In this document: piece by piece, positions 28,441-38,697 of the stretch
Position numbering within the stretch: position 1 is the first letter of the stretch
Layout of the letters: each line of letters opens with the position of its first letter
Origin: Vicinamibacteria bacterium
GTDB lineage: Bacteria; Acidobacteriota; Vicinamibacteria; Marinacidobacterales; Marinacidobacteraceae
NCBI GenBank assembly: GCA_963422395.1
Contig: OY729431.1
Location: 1,056,001 to 1,120,000 of the forward strand
Length of the DNA stretch: 64,000 nucleotides
Reading direction: 5' to 3'
Notes under the pieces: model-generated
Database searches by the model: none
Told to the model about the DNA's origin: nothing
What the model saw: only the letters and a program-made list of their open reading frames with translations
Position numbers and translations under genes: made by a program

Positions 28441-30048
28441 TCAGCGGACCGTTACGCGAGAGCGGTCGGTGAGGGTGCCCTGGGCGCGTTCGACGGCGAC
28501 GATCGCCTTGTTGTAGTCGATGATCGCCTGAAGTTCGTTGGCGCGCGCCTGGGCGAGGTCGCGCTGAGACTGCACGATGAAGTAACTGGTCGTCATCCCG
28601 ACCTCGAACTTCTTCTGTTCCGCATCGAGCCGCTGTTCTTCCAGCTCGCGCGCGACCCGGCTGGCATCGATCCGGCGCCGATTCGTCTGGACCTGCCGCA
28701 CCGCGCTGCGGACTTCCTGGGCGATCTGGACTTCCTGTTGCCGGATCGCTTCGCGCTGACGATTGAGGTCGGTCTGTGCCTGGGCGTGGCTGGCGTGGGC
28801 CTGGTTCGGGCCGATCGGGTAGGAGAAAGAGAGCCCGAGCTGCCAATCGCGGTAGTCGAGCCCTCCCATCTGCGAGAGGGCGTCGGCGTAGCCGCCGGGA
28901 ATCGTCTGGACCGCCTGGCCGAAGAACCCCTCGCGGACGAGTTCCGTCCCTCCGACACCGGTGAGCTGAATGAGGCCCACCAGGTCCACTTGCGGCAGCG
29001 TCTGGTTCCGGAAGAAGCGGACATCGTATTCTTCGGTGTCCAGCTGGGCCCGCTGCGAACGCAGCTCTGGGCGGCGGTCGAGCGCGATGCGGATCGCCTC
29101 GATGTGCTCCACCGCGTAGTCCTCCACGGTGGGGGCGTCGGCGGGCTGGATGGCACCGTCCCAGAACCCCGGAGCGTCCGGATCCCGGATGAGAGCCTTC
29201 ACTGCGTCCTCGGTCTGGCGGATCTGATTCTCGGCGAGGATGAGTGCTTCTTCCCGGGCAGCGACTTCGGCCTCGGCCTGCAGGACATCGATCGGCGCCA
29301 TCGTTCCGACTTCCACCTGCACCTGGTTGTTCCGCAGCAGGTCGCGGGCGAGTTCGAGCGACTGGACGGCCACTTCGTGGCTGCGGATCGCGAACACCAG
29401 ATCCCAGTATGCGTTTTCCACATCCCGCAGTACATCGAGCACGCTGCGCTCGAAATCGTGGCCAGCCTGCCGCTCGCCGTTTTGAGAGACCACGATCTGG
29501 CGGCGCTCGGGGTCAGCCCGGAAGTTCTGGAGCAGCGGCTGGGTCACCTGCGCGTTGAGTGCGCTGCGGTAACGGGGATTGAAGTTGGAGAAGGCGCTGT
29601 TGGTGGCGAAGCGGTTGTTGTTGAACTGGACCGAGTAGCGAGCGCCGAAGGGGAGCTGCTGTTCGAATCGCAGGTTGTAGTTCATGGTGTCACGCTCGTT
29701 CAGGTCCGCGCCGTCGAGCTGGGTCTCCGCAGGAGACAGGCTCTCTTGCAGGTTCGTATCGAGGACCAGATTCGGCGTGAACACCCGGCGCGCCGCCGAG
29801 AGGGCGAGCCCGAAGGACTGCCGGTTCAACCGGGAGATCCGGACGCTCAGGTTGTTTTCCAGCGCCTGCTGGATCGCTTCCTCGAGGCTGAGAACCGCCG
29901 GCGCCGGCTGCGTGGGCGAATCCTCCTCCGCTCGGGACGCTGACGCCGCTCCGGATCCGAACGGAGCCGCGAGGGAGTGGGCCGCGAAAAAAGAGGGGGC
30001 CACGAGGGCCATCGTCACGAGGGCCGGGATCGCGGTGGGGCTTCGCAT
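28441..30048 (-). CDS. TolC-family outer-membrane efflux protein
   Basis: Signal peptide, LSLEEAIQQALENN, TQPLL, VENAYWDL, EQKKFEVG, two OEP repeats; AGGAGA SD. Confidence 0.9.
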   Translation of the reverse strand: MRSPTAIPALVTMALVAPSFFAAHSLAAPFGSGAASASRAEEDSPTQPAPAVLSLEEAIQQALENNLSVRISRLNRQSFGLALSAARRVFTPNLVLDTNLQESLSPAETQLDGADLNERDTMNYNLRFEQQLPFGARYSVQFNNNRFATNSAFSNFNPRYRSALNAQVTQPLLQNFRADPERRQIVVSQNGERQAGHDFERSVLDVLRDVENAYWDLVFAIRSHEVAVQSLELARDLLRNNQVQVEVGTMAPIDVLQAEAEVAAREEALILAENQIRQTEDAVKALIRDPDAPGFWDGAIQPADAPTVEDYAVEHIEAIRIALDRRPELRSQRAQLDTEEYDVRFFRNQTLPQVDLVGLIQLTGVGGTELVREGFFGQAVQTIPGGYADALSQMGGLDYRDWQLGLSFSYPIGPNQAHASHAQAQTDLNRQREAIRQQEVQIAQEVRSAVRQVQTNRRRIDASRVARELEEQRLDAEQKKFEVGMTTSYFIVQSQRDLAQARANELQAIIDYNKAIVAVERAQGTLTDRSRVTVR

Positions 30049-30257
30049 GGGGTTTCTCCTGCAGATGGGACAGAGGGGCGGCCGCCGATGACGGCGACCC
30101 CGAGCAAGACGCGCTCGGGCCGAATTTTCTACGCCCGTCCTCCGAATACGAACCCTGCCGGGCTTCGGGTTCCCTTCCGGGCGCGCTGTGCCGCCTGATA
30201 CCGTGAGCCGGAACCTGTGGATAGTGTCGCGGGAGCCTTCTCCACGGGCTGCGAACC

Positions 30258-31043
30258 GTGAGGCTGCGGCTGGATCTCGCCTACGACGGGACCGGGTTCG
30301 CGGGTTGGCAGCTCCAGCCCGGAAGGGACACCATCCAGGGCCGGGTGGAGGAGGCCCTCCGCCGTCTCTACCGCCTTCCTCGGGGAGCCCGGCTCGCAGT
30401 CGTCGGCGCCGGAAGGACCGATGCCGGAGTGCATGCCGAACAGCAGGTGGCGCACTTCGATGCTCCCCACCGGATCCCCCCCGCGGGAGTCCGTGCCGGG
30501 GTGAACGGACTGTTGCCTGGAGCCATCCGGGTATCGAGCGCACACGAGGTTCCGGACGGATTTCACGCGCGGTACGACGCCGTGGAGAAGACCTACCGGT
30601 ATCACTTGCTCCCCACCGCTTCGGTTTCGCCGCTGCGTGCCCGGTACGCCTGGCCGGTCGGAGACGGACTTCTCCGGGCGCCCATGGAAGAAGCTGCCCG
30701 GGCCTTCGTGGGCCGCCACGACTTCCGCGCTTTCTTCGCCGCGCCGCCGGGCGATCCGCCTTCGAGCCCGTTTCGCGTGGTGACCACAGCCCGCTGGCTC
30801 GACGATGAGGGGTTCCGGATCTTCGAGGTGAGCGCCGATGGGTTCCGGCGTTACCTGGTGCGCCGGATGGTGGGAACGCTGGTCGCAGTGGGTCGGGGAC
30901 AGCTCCCCCCCGGGCGCGTGGGCGAGATGCTTCGCGACCCCGCGATCGCCGGGCCGCGGTTTCGGGCGCCGGCGGCCGGTCTCAGGCTTCACCGCGTGGA
31001 CTACCGCGGCGAGGGGCTCTCGCCCGCTCTGCCTCCGGGGTGA
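30258..31043 (+). CDS. truA: tRNA pseudouridine(38-40) synthase
   Basis: YDGTGFAGWQ, GAGRTDAGVHA, FHARYDA, APAAGL. Confidence 0.96.
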   Translation: MRLRLDLAYDGTGFAGWQLQPGRDTIQGRVEEALRRLYRLPRGARLAVVGAGRTDAGVHAEQQVAHFDAPHRIPPAGVRAGVNGLLPGAIRVSSAHEVPDGFHARYDAVEKTYRYHLLPTASVSPLRARYAWPVGDGLLRAPMEEAARAFVGRHDFRAFFAAPPGDPPSSPFRVVTTARWLDDEGFRIFEVSADGFRRYLVRRMVGTLVAVGRGQLPPGRVGEMLRDPAIAGPRFRAPAAGLRLHRVDYRGEGLSPALPPG

Positions 31044-31069
31044 ATCGCTGCTGCTAAATTTCTGCCTTC

Positions 31070-31909
31070 GTGCCTGCGCTCGTCGAATTCGCGCCCCGGA
31101 CGGAGACGGCCGGACTCTTGCAGCAAATCGACCGCACCCGGCTCCCGCGCCATGTGGCGGCGATCATGGACGGCAACGGCCGCTGGGCGGCGCGGAAGGG
31201 CCTGGAGCGGGTGCAGGGGCACAGCGCCGGGGTGGGCGCAGTGCGGGATACCGTCGAAGGGGCTGCCGGTCTCGGGCTCGACACGCTCACTCTCTTCGCT
31301 TTCTCGATCGAGAACTGGAGTCGTCCCCGCGACGAGATCGAAGTTCTGATGGATCTCGTGAAGCACTACCTGGCGGTCGAGACCGCGAACCTGATCGAGA
31401 ACGACATCTGCTTCCGGGCGATCGGCCGTCTCGGCGGCCTGCCCCTCGATGTGCAGCGGATAGTTTCGGAGACCACCGAGGCAACGGCCGGCTGTCGGGG
31501 ACTTCGGCTGAACATAGCCCTGAACTACAGCGGCCGGGCTGAGATCGTGGATGCGGCCCGGCGGATCGCCGTCCGAGCCGCCCGGGAGGGGCGCGTTCCG
31601 GACTTCGACGAGGACGGCTTTGCCGCGGAGCTCGATACGAAGGGTTCGCCCGAGCTCGACCTGCTCATTCGCACGAGCGGGGAGAGGCGGGTCTCCAACT
31701 TCCTGCTGTTCCAGATGGCCTACGCCGAGTTCTGGACCACCGAGACTCTCTGGCCGGATTTCCGTCGGGAGGATCTCTACCGGGCGATCCTTTGGTTCCA
31801 GAACCGGAGCCGCCGCTACGGCGGCGTCCCTGCGGCCGGACCGGGCGAAACCGCCCCGCTGGCCGATGCGTCTTCGGGGGTCCGCCAGATGCGGGCCATC
31901 CGGGGGTAG
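31070..31909 (+). CDS. uppS: Undecaprenyl/isoprenyl diphosphate synthase
   Basis: HVAAIMDGNGRWA, FSIENWSRP, IRTSGERRVSNFLL; TGCTAAATT -10 at 31052-60. Confidence 0.96.
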   Translation: MPALVEFAPRTETAGLLQQIDRTRLPRHVAAIMDGNGRWAARKGLERVQGHSAGVGAVRDTVEGAAGLGLDTLTLFAFSIENWSRPRDEIEVLMDLVKHYLAVETANLIENDICFRAIGRLGGLPLDVQRIVSETTEATAGCRGLRLNIALNYSGRAEIVDAARRIAVRAAREGRVPDFDEDGFAAELDTKGSPELDLLIRTSGERRVSNFLLFQMAYAEFWTTETLWPDFRREDLYRAILWFQNRSRRYGGVPAAGPGETAPLADASSGVRQMRAIRG

Positions 31910-31962
31910 CACTTCTTCTCTCCGGAGGTCGGGCTGCGTTTTCTGGGCCTCAGCCGGGTACG

Positions 31963-32808
31963 GTGAAGCGCCTCCTGAGCGGGGCGACGGTGGCCGCCGC
32001 CGCCGCGATCCTCTGCTTCGCCGCTCCGGCACCCGCCCGTCATGCGGCCCTGCTGCTCGCCGCACTCTATGCCTGCCGCGAAGCGGTACGGCTGGCCGGC
32101 GCCGCATTCGTGGACCGTGCGGAGACAGGCAGCCGGCCGCCGAACCTCTTCTTTCCCGACTTCGTCTTCACGGCGGCTCTGGTCCTGCTCGCCGCTTCGC
32201 TCGGCGCCACCGCCTCCTTTCTCCCCCTGCGTCCGGAATCGCCGGAATCGGTCGCTGCGATCGCGCTGGTTCTGGTAGGGCTCCTCGCGCTCACCCTCCC
32301 CCGGACCCCGGCCGGTTTCTCGCGCCTCGGAGCCGTGGTTCTCGCCGGCTGCTGGATCGGTCTTCCCACGGCGGCGATCCTCGCGCTGAGCGCCGGGGAA
32401 ACCGGAGGCCGAACTCTCTTCTTCCTGTTCGCCACGGTGATGAGTGGAGAAGCCGGCGCTTTCGCCGTCGGGAAGCTGGTGGGCGGGCCGCTGCTCGCTC
32501 CCCGACTCAGTCCGGGAAAGACCTGGGTCGGATTCGCCGCGCAGCTGATCGTCTCCGCCGCGGTCGCCGGGCTTGCGGCGCCGCTCCTCGATCCCCGCCC
32601 GCCGGGTTTGGCCGCGGCGACCGCCGGCGCCTGTCTGGCCGCGGCCGCGGCGCTCGGAGATCTGTTCGAGTCCTATTGGAAACGGGCTTCCGGACTGAAG
32701 GACAGCGGGCGGCTCCTGCCCGGGCACGGCGGGATGCTGGACCGGGTGGACGGGATGCTCTTCGCCGCCGTCGCCTTCGAGGCGGTCCGGGGTTTCCTGC
32801 CCGGCTGA
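31963..32808 (+). CDS. cdsA: Phosphatidate cytidylyltransferase
   Basis: SPGKTW, GDLFESYWKRASGLKDSG, PGHGGMLDRVD. Confidence 0.92.
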   Translation: MKRLLSGATVAAAAAILCFAAPAPARHAALLLAALYACREAVRLAGAAFVDRAETGSRPPNLFFPDFVFTAALVLLAASLGATASFLPLRPESPESVAAIALVLVGLLALTLPRTPAGFSRLGAVVLAGCWIGLPTAAILALSAGETGGRTLFFLFATVMSGEAGAFAVGKLVGGPLLAPRLSPGKTWVGFAAQLIVSAAVAGLAAPLLDPRPPGLAAATAGACLAAAAALGDLFESYWKRASGLKDSGRLLPGHGGMLDRVDGMLFAAVAFEAVRGFLPG

Positions 32809-32809
32809 A

Positions 32810-34138
32810 TCAATCGAGGAACCCGCGCAGGATTCCGCTCTTCGACAGGTCCAGGAAGATCACCAACACGAACACCAGGAGCAGGAACGCCGCTCCAGCG
32901 AACATCAGAGCCTTCCGCAGGCGAAGGCTCAGATCGCGCCGCGCGGCCGACTCCACGAGCAGCACCGCGATCTGGCCGCCGTCCAGCACCGGAATCGGCA
33001 ACAGGTTCAGGACGCCGAGGCTGAGGCTGAGGATGGCCATCAGCATCAGGACCTCCGTCGGACCCCGGCGGAGGGCTTCCCCCGAGGCCTGCGCGATCCC
33101 GATGGGTCCGGAGAACTGGCGTGCCGACGCCGACCCGGACGCCACCCGGGTGAGCTGGCGCACGGTGAGGCTTCCCCAGCGCGTAGTCTCCGCCACCGCC
33201 TCGCGGATTGCCTCCGGCACCGAACCCACCTGGACCCGGCGGTACGGAGGCCGGAAGATCACGCCGATCCGCGGCCAGGCCTGTCCGGTCTCCGGATCCT
33301 CGTAGGCTTCCGGAGTGACCGGGACGCTGAGGCGGCGGCCGTCCCGCTCGACGCCGAAGGTGATCTCGCGGACTCCAGTGGAGCGCACGATGCCGGCGAC
33401 CTCCTGCCGGCTGCCGACCGGCGTACCGTCCACGCTCACCAGGAGATCGCCCGCCGCGATCCCAGCACCCGCCGCCGGTGTTTCCGGAATCACTTCCCCG
33501 ATGATCGGCGGCGCCGGCGGATAGATTCCGGCATCGCCTACCGCGTCCCGTCCCTCGGAACCTATCGCGACCGCGAATTCGCGCGGCCCTCCGTTCCGTT
33601 CGACGGCGAAGACGACTTCCTGATCGGGTCGGGTGAAGATCTCCTCGATCGTCGACCTCCAATCGGTCACCGGTTCGCCGGCGATCTCCTTGATCCGGTC
33701 CCCGGGGAGAAGCCCGCCGTCGGCCGCCGGCGAATCGGCCGCCAGGTACGAGATCACCGGCGGGTCGGAAAGCCCCACCCGCCGATCGATCCCGAAGTAG
33801 AAGAGTCCGGAGAGAATCGCCACCGCGACGAGGAAGTTCATCGCCGGGCCGGCGAACAGGATGGCGAGGCGCTCGCCGCGGGTGCGGTTCTGGAGTTCGC
33901 CGGGGTCGCTGCTGCGCGTCCCGGGAAGGTCGCCGGCCATCTTCACATAGCCGCCGATGGGAAGCAGGCCGATCGTCCACTCGGTCCCGCGGATCTTGCG
34001 CCGGAAGATGTTCGGGGGAAAGCCGATGGCGAAGGTCTCCACCCGGACGCCGAGGAAGCGCGCGGTGAGGAAGTGGCCCAGTTCGTGGAGGATCACCAGC
34101 GTGCCGACCACGAGCACGAACGCGATCAGGGTGAGCAC
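32810..34138 (-). CDS. rseP: RIP metalloprotease RseP (two PDZ domains)
   Basis: HELGH, FAGPAMN, NLLPIPVLDGG. Confidence 0.95.
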   Translation of the reverse strand: MLTLIAFVLVVGTLVILHELGHFLTARFLGVRVETFAIGFPPNIFRRKIRGTEWTIGLLPIGGYVKMAGDLPGTRSSDPGELQNRTRGERLAILFAGPAMNFLVAVAILSGLFYFGIDRRVGLSDPPVISYLAADSPAADGGLLPGDRIKEIAGEPVTDWRSTIEEIFTRPDQEVVFAVERNGGPREFAVAIGSEGRDAVGDAGIYPPAPPIIGEVIPETPAAGAGIAAGDLLVSVDGTPVGSRQEVAGIVRSTGVREITFGVERDGRRLSVPVTPEAYEDPETGQAWPRIGVIFRPPYRRVQVGSVPEAIREAVAETTRWGSLTVRQLTRVASGSASARQFSGPIGIAQASGEALRRGPTEVLMLMAILSLSLGVLNLLPIPVLDGGQIAVLLVESAARRDLSLRLRKALMFAGAAFLLLVFVLVIFLDLSKSGILRGFLD

Positions 34139-34145
34139 GAGAGAG

Positions 34146-35339
34146 TCAGCAGCCGGCGGGTGCCGGGGTACGCCGATGGACGAGGGTGAGGGCGTGGTCG
34201 CGGGCCCATCGGTCCGCGCGGATCACCGCCGCGAGGCCGGTCGGCTCGACCGGCGAGTGTTCGCCGAGCGTTTCCTCGATGACGGCCGGGATATCGGGGA
34301 AACGGATCCGGCCATCGAGGAACGCGGCTACCGCCACTTCGTTCGCGGCGTTCAGGACCGCAGGCGTATCCCCGCCTGCGTCCAGGGCTTCGGCGGCGAG
34401 GCGCAGGCAGGGGAACCGTCCCGAGTCGGGCGGAGTGAACCGAAGCGAGAACGGCTCGTCGAGAGCCAACGGCGGAAGTCCGGTGGGGAGCCGCTCCGGC
34501 CAGGTGAGCGCGTGCTGGACCGGTGCCCTCATGTGAGGCGCTCCCAGCTGGGCGAGCAGGGACCCGTCCTCGAACTCCACCATCGAGTGGACGATCGATT
34601 CCGGATGGACCACCACCCGGATGGAGTCCGCCGGGGCATCGAAGAGCCACCGGGCTTCGATCCGCTCGAGGCCCTTGTTCATCATGGTTGCGGAATCGAT
34701 CGTGATCTTGCGGCCCATCCTCCAGGTGGGGTGGCGCAGTGCGGTTTCGGGGGTCGCCGAGGCGATCTCCTCGCTGGAAGCAGTGCGGAACGGGCCCCCG
34801 GAGGCCGTCAGCCACAGGCGCCGCACCGGCTCCCGCCGCCCGGCGAGGCACTGGTGGATGGCGGCGTGTTCGCTGTCCACCGGGATGAGCGCCGCGCCCG
34901 CGGCGGCGGCGGCGCTCGCCATGACCGCACCTGCCGCGACCAGGGACTCCTTGTTCGCGAGGCCTACGGTGAGCCCCTGGCGAAGCGCCGCCAGGGTCGG
35001 CCGCAGCCCGGCGATTCCGACGATCGCGGAGAGGACTCCCTCGACGCCGGGCCAGGTCGCCGCCCGCTCCAGCCCGGCGGCGCCCGAGGCGATCTCGACT
35101 TCGGGGAGCCGTCGGGCGAAGTCCCTCTCGAACTTCTCCGCTTCCACGGGGTTTCCGATCGCGACCACTTCTGGACGGTAGCGCTCGACGAGCGAGGCGA
35201 GGCGGGTGGTGGAACGGCCGGCCGCGAGCGCCGCGACCCGGAGACGCTCCGAAAGGCGGTCCACGACCTCGAGCGCGGTCTTGCCGACGGAACCCGTGGC
35301 CCCCAGGATGGAGAGGGCGCGGATCCTCGGTTTCGTCAC
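34146..35339 (-). CDS. dxr: 1-deoxy-D-xylulose 5-phosphate reductoisomerase
   Basis: GATGSVG, LANKESLV, PVDSEH, HPTWRMGRKITIDSATMMNKGLE, NAANE; TACAAT upstream. Confidence 0.97.
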   Translation of the reverse strand: MTKPRIRALSILGATGSVGKTALEVVDRLSERLRVAALAAGRSTTRLASLVERYRPEVVAIGNPVEAEKFERDFARRLPEVEIASGAAGLERAATWPGVEGVLSAIVGIAGLRPTLAALRQGLTVGLANKESLVAAGAVMASAAAAAGAALIPVDSEHAAIHQCLAGRREPVRRLWLTASGGPFRTASSEEIASATPETALRHPTWRMGRKITIDSATMMNKGLERIEARWLFDAPADSIRVVVHPESIVHSMVEFEDGSLLAQLGAPHMRAPVQHALTWPERLPTGLPPLALDEPFSLRFTPPDSGRFPCLRLAAEALDAGGDTPAVLNAANEVAVAAFLDGRIRFPDIPAVIEETLGEHSPVEPTGLAAVIRADRWARDHALTLVHRRTPAPAGC

Positions 35340-35469
35340 TCGACCCGCCCAGTGCGCCTCGTCGGGACGCCTGCGCGGAGCCAGGATTGTAGAGGCGGGC
35401 GGCGGGCCCCTCCGCCGAGAGGTTCCAGCGCGTAAGATGGTTCGTCTTCCGCCCCGGCGCGAATCCCTT

Positions 35470-36579
35470 TTGAAGATCGAACAGCTCGTCCTCCGGGAGA
35501 TCCGACTGGATCTGAAATCCCCGTTCGAAACCAGTTTCGCGCGGGTCACGAACCAGCAGTTCCTGCTTCTCGAAGCCCGGGTGGACGGGATCTCCGGCTA
35601 TTCCGAGTGCGTCGCCGACCTCGCCCCGGGGTATTCGTACGAAACCGTCCGCACTGCCCGGCACCTCATCGAGGACTTCCTCTGGCCGCTGGCGGCGGCG
35701 GCCGAATATGCCCATCCCGACGAGGTGCTCCCCTCGTTCGCCGTGATCCGCGGGCACAACATGGCGAAGGCGGCGATCGAGATGGCGGTCTGGGACGCTT
35801 ACGCCCGCCACAACCGGCAGCCGCTCGCCGCCGCCCTCGGCGGCGTCCGCCGGCGTATCACCTCCGGGGTCTCGATCGGCATCCAGGACACCGTGGAAGA
35901 GCTGCTCGACCGGATCGGGGGCGAACTTTCCCGCGGCTACCGACGGATCAAGATCAAGATCAAACCCGGGTGGGATCTCGAAGTGGTACGGCGGGTCCGG
36001 GAGCGCTACCCGCAGATCCCGTTGATGGTGGACGCGAACAGCGCCTACTCGCTCGACGACGCGCCGCTCTTCGCCGCCCTCGACGGTTTCGATCTGATGA
36101 TGATCGAACAACCGCTGGCCCACGACGACATGTGGGATCACGCGGCCTTGCAACGGCGCCTCCGGACCCCGATCTGCCTCGACGAATCGGTCCATTCCGC
36201 TGCCGACGCCCGCCGCGCGATCGAGATGGGGGCCTGCCGGATCATCAACGTCAAGGCGGGCCGGGTCGGCGGGCTCTCTTCGGCGCGCGCCATCGCCGAC
36301 CTCGCCGAGCGCGCCGGGATCCCCGTCTGGTGCGGCGGGATGCTCGAGAGCGGGGTCGGACGGGCCCACAACATCCATCTCTCCTCGCTCTCCGGTTTTT
36401 CGATGCCCGGCGATGTGGCGGCTTCGGAGCGCTATTTCCAGGAAGAGATCATCTCCCCGCCCGTCACCGTGGATCCGGACGGCTCGCTCCCGATCCCCGA
36501 AGGGGAGGGCATCGGGTTCACCCTGCTGGACGATGTCATCCGGCGCCACACCCTTTGCGAGACCACGCTTTCGCCCTGA
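35470..36579 (+). CDS. menC: o-succinylbenzoate synthase / N-succinylamino-acid racemase (NSAR/OSBS subfamily)
   Basis: PFETSF, KIKIKPGWD, VDANSAY, IEQPL, CLDES, WCGGMLESGVGR, PGD; TAAGAT -10 at 35433 supports the TTG start. Confidence 0.88.
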   Translation: MKIEQLVLREIRLDLKSPFETSFARVTNQQFLLLEARVDGISGYSECVADLAPGYSYETVRTARHLIEDFLWPLAAAAEYAHPDEVLPSFAVIRGHNMAKAAIEMAVWDAYARHNRQPLAAALGGVRRRITSGVSIGIQDTVEELLDRIGGELSRGYRRIKIKIKPGWDLEVVRRVRERYPQIPLMVDANSAYSLDDAPLFAALDGFDLMMIEQPLAHDDMWDHAALQRRLRTPICLDESVHSAADARRAIEMGACRIINVKAGRVGGLSSARAIADLAERAGIPVWCGGMLESGVGRAHNIHLSSLSGFSMPGDVAASERYFQEEIISPPVTVDPDGSLPIPEGEGIGFTLLDDVIRRHTLCETTLSP

Positions 36580-38693
36580 GCGCGCTTCCTCTGGGCGGAG
36601 TTGCGCTGCTGCTCGCCGCCATGTCGTCCGCGGCCGGCGCGCCGGCCGCACCGGTTCCGCAGACTTCGGGAGAAGCCCCGCTGCCAACCGTCCGCGAGCG
36701 GCTCGCGCGGGTAGTCGCCCTCGAGGATGCGCGGTCCTTCGGCGATGGATGGCTGCGCGCCCGGGTCCTCGATCCCGATCCGGAAGTGCGGCGCCAGACG
36801 GTGCTGGCTCTCGGCCGCATCGGCCGCCCCGAAGCGGTCGAGCCGCTCTTGCGGGCGCTCGGCGGCGACAAGGCGGGTGCGGTGCGTTCCGCGGCGGCGT
36901 TCGCACTCGGGATCCTCGAAGACCCGCTGTCTGCCGAGGCGGAGGCGGCTCTCGAGGCGTCGCTTTCCGATCCTTCGGAAAGGGTGCGGGAAAAGGCGGT
37001 CGAGGCGCTCGGGCGCCGGGGTGGAGAGCGTGCCGGCGAGATCGTGCGGGGCCGGCTCGCCGAACTCGTCGAGGCCGAGGGGTTCGCCGACCGGCGCGAA
37101 GATGTGGAGGTCTCGCTGCGCCGTTCTTCCTGGGACGAGGCGCGCCTTTCCCTCTTCGCGCTCGCCCGGATTCGGGACGACGGCGGAGACCCCGGCGACT
37201 CGCGGACGCTGCTCGTCCGGGACGGATCCCCCCGCACCGATTGGTGGGCAGCGGCGTGGACCGCCGCCCGGCTGCGGGATCCCACCCTCTCGGATCTCTA
37301 TCGTGCCTATGCCGCTTCTCCGGACCCGGTGGTGCGGGCGCTCGGGGTCCGCGGATTCGGCGGCGCGGGGCTCCCCGTCGTCGGCGAGCTGACCGCCCCC
37401 TTGGACGATCCGAGCGACATCGTGCGCATCGAGGCGATCCGCGCGGCCGCGGCGCTCGCTGAAGCCGGAGCAGCGCCGGCGGCGGCGGGCTCCCTGCTGC
37501 TCGCGGCGCTCGACGATGCGGTCCCCGGAATCCGCAGCGAAGCGATCGCGGCCCTCGGCTCCGTGCTGCATCCGGCCGCGGTACCGGCCCTCATCGATCG
37601 GATGCAGTCGCCGGATCCCGAAACCCGCGCCGCCGCGCTCGGTGCCGTCCACCGTCAGGACCCGGAGGGTTTCTGGCTGCTGCTGTCCGGCTGGTCCGAC
37701 CGCGACCCTCTCGGCAGGATCGCCATGGCGCGGCGGCTGTCCGCGATCCAGGATCCGCGCATTCGCGGGTTTCTGCTCGAAAACCTCCTCGCCGACGAGG
37801 ACCCGCGGGTTCGAGCCGCGGCGTTGACCGGACTCGGAGCTCTCGAAGCCGAGCTGTCGGCCGCGGGGCAGGGGAGCCCCGAGCTGGCAGTAGCCTCGAT
37901 TCGAGCGCTGGATGCCCCCGACCTCTACGAACGGGCTGCTGCCGCGGGAGCGCTTTCCCGGCTCGGCTCCGGACTCCTCGAACACCGGATCGAGGCCATC
38001 GAGCGCGCTTACCGCGGCGACAACGCGCCCCGCCCCGACTTCCGGCTGGCAGCACTCCGCGCCCGCCTCGCCCACGGTGCCGGAGAAGCCCGCATCCGGT
38101 TCGCCGGAGAAGCCCTCGCCGACGCCGCCTGGCCCGTCCGCCGGGAAGCGCATCAGTTCTTGCGCCGGAGCAGCGCTCCCCCCGGGGAAGCCCCGGCGCC
38201 AGCGCCGGAACTCGCTGCGGCGGAGTACGACGCCATGCTCCACGCGCCTTTCACCCCGGTGGCGTGGATCGAGACGGCCGGCGGCGAGATCGAGATCGAA
38301 CTCTTCATCGCCGACGCGCCGCGAACGGTGACGAACTTCATCCGGCTCTCCCGGGAGGGTTTCTACGACGGGCTCCGCTTCCACCGGGTGGTGCCGAACT
38401 TCGTGGTGCAGACGGGGGACCCGCGGGGCGACTCGTCCGGCGGACCGGGATACACGATCCGCTGTGAGGTCAACGAACGCTTCTACATGCGCGGAAGCGT
38501 CGGCATGGCGCTCGATGGCAAGGACACCGGGGGCAGCCAGTTCTTCATCACCCTGCTGCCGCAGCCGCACCTCAACGGCCGCTTCACGCTGTTCGGGCAG
38601 GTGCGCTCCGGTTTCGATGTCCTCGACCGCATCCGGCCGGGGGAGCGCATCCGGCGCATCCGGATCTGGGACGGCATCACTCCGCCGTATTGA
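36576..38693 (+). CDS. Secreted HEAT-repeat protein with C-terminal cyclophilin PPIase; probable CTG start
   Basis: HEAT repeats (DPDPEVRRQTVLALGRIG, VRSAAAFALG); FYDGLRFHRVVPNFVVQTGDP, DTGGSQFFI, FGQV. Confidence 0.85.
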   Translation: MSALPLGGVALLLAAMSSAAGAPAAPVPQTSGEAPLPTVRERLARVVALEDARSFGDGWLRARVLDPDPEVRRQTVLALGRIGRPEAVEPLLRALGGDKAGAVRSAAAFALGILEDPLSAEAEAALEASLSDPSERVREKAVEALGRRGGERAGEIVRGRLAELVEAEGFADRREDVEVSLRRSSWDEARLSLFALARIRDDGGDPGDSRTLLVRDGSPRTDWWAAAWTAARLRDPTLSDLYRAYAASPDPVVRALGVRGFGGAGLPVVGELTAPLDDPSDIVRIEAIRAAAALAEAGAAPAAAGSLLLAALDDAVPGIRSEAIAALGSVLHPAAVPALIDRMQSPDPETRAAALGAVHRQDPEGFWLLLSGWSDRDPLGRIAMARRLSAIQDPRIRGFLLENLLADEDPRVRAAALTGLGALEAELSAAGQGSPELAVASIRALDAPDLYERAAAAGALSRLGSGLLEHRIEAIERAYRGDNAPRPDFRLAALRARLAHGAGEARIRFAGEALADAAWPVRREAHQFLRRSSAPPGEAPAPAPELAAAEYDAMLHAPFTPVAWIETAGGEIEIELFIADAPRTVTNFIRLSREGFYDGLRFHRVVPNFVVQTGDPRGDSSGGPGYTIRCEVNERFYMRGSVGMALDGKDTGGSQFFITLLPQPHLNGRFTLFGQVRSGFDVLDRIRPGERIRRIRIWDGITPPY

Positions 38694-38697
38694 TCGG

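Noticed and set aside
30214-30252. oriC candidate from DnaA-box-like TGTGGATAG
   Set aside because: Single imperfect box, no AT-rich unwinding region, no dnaA neighbours; better explained as MITE-end relics
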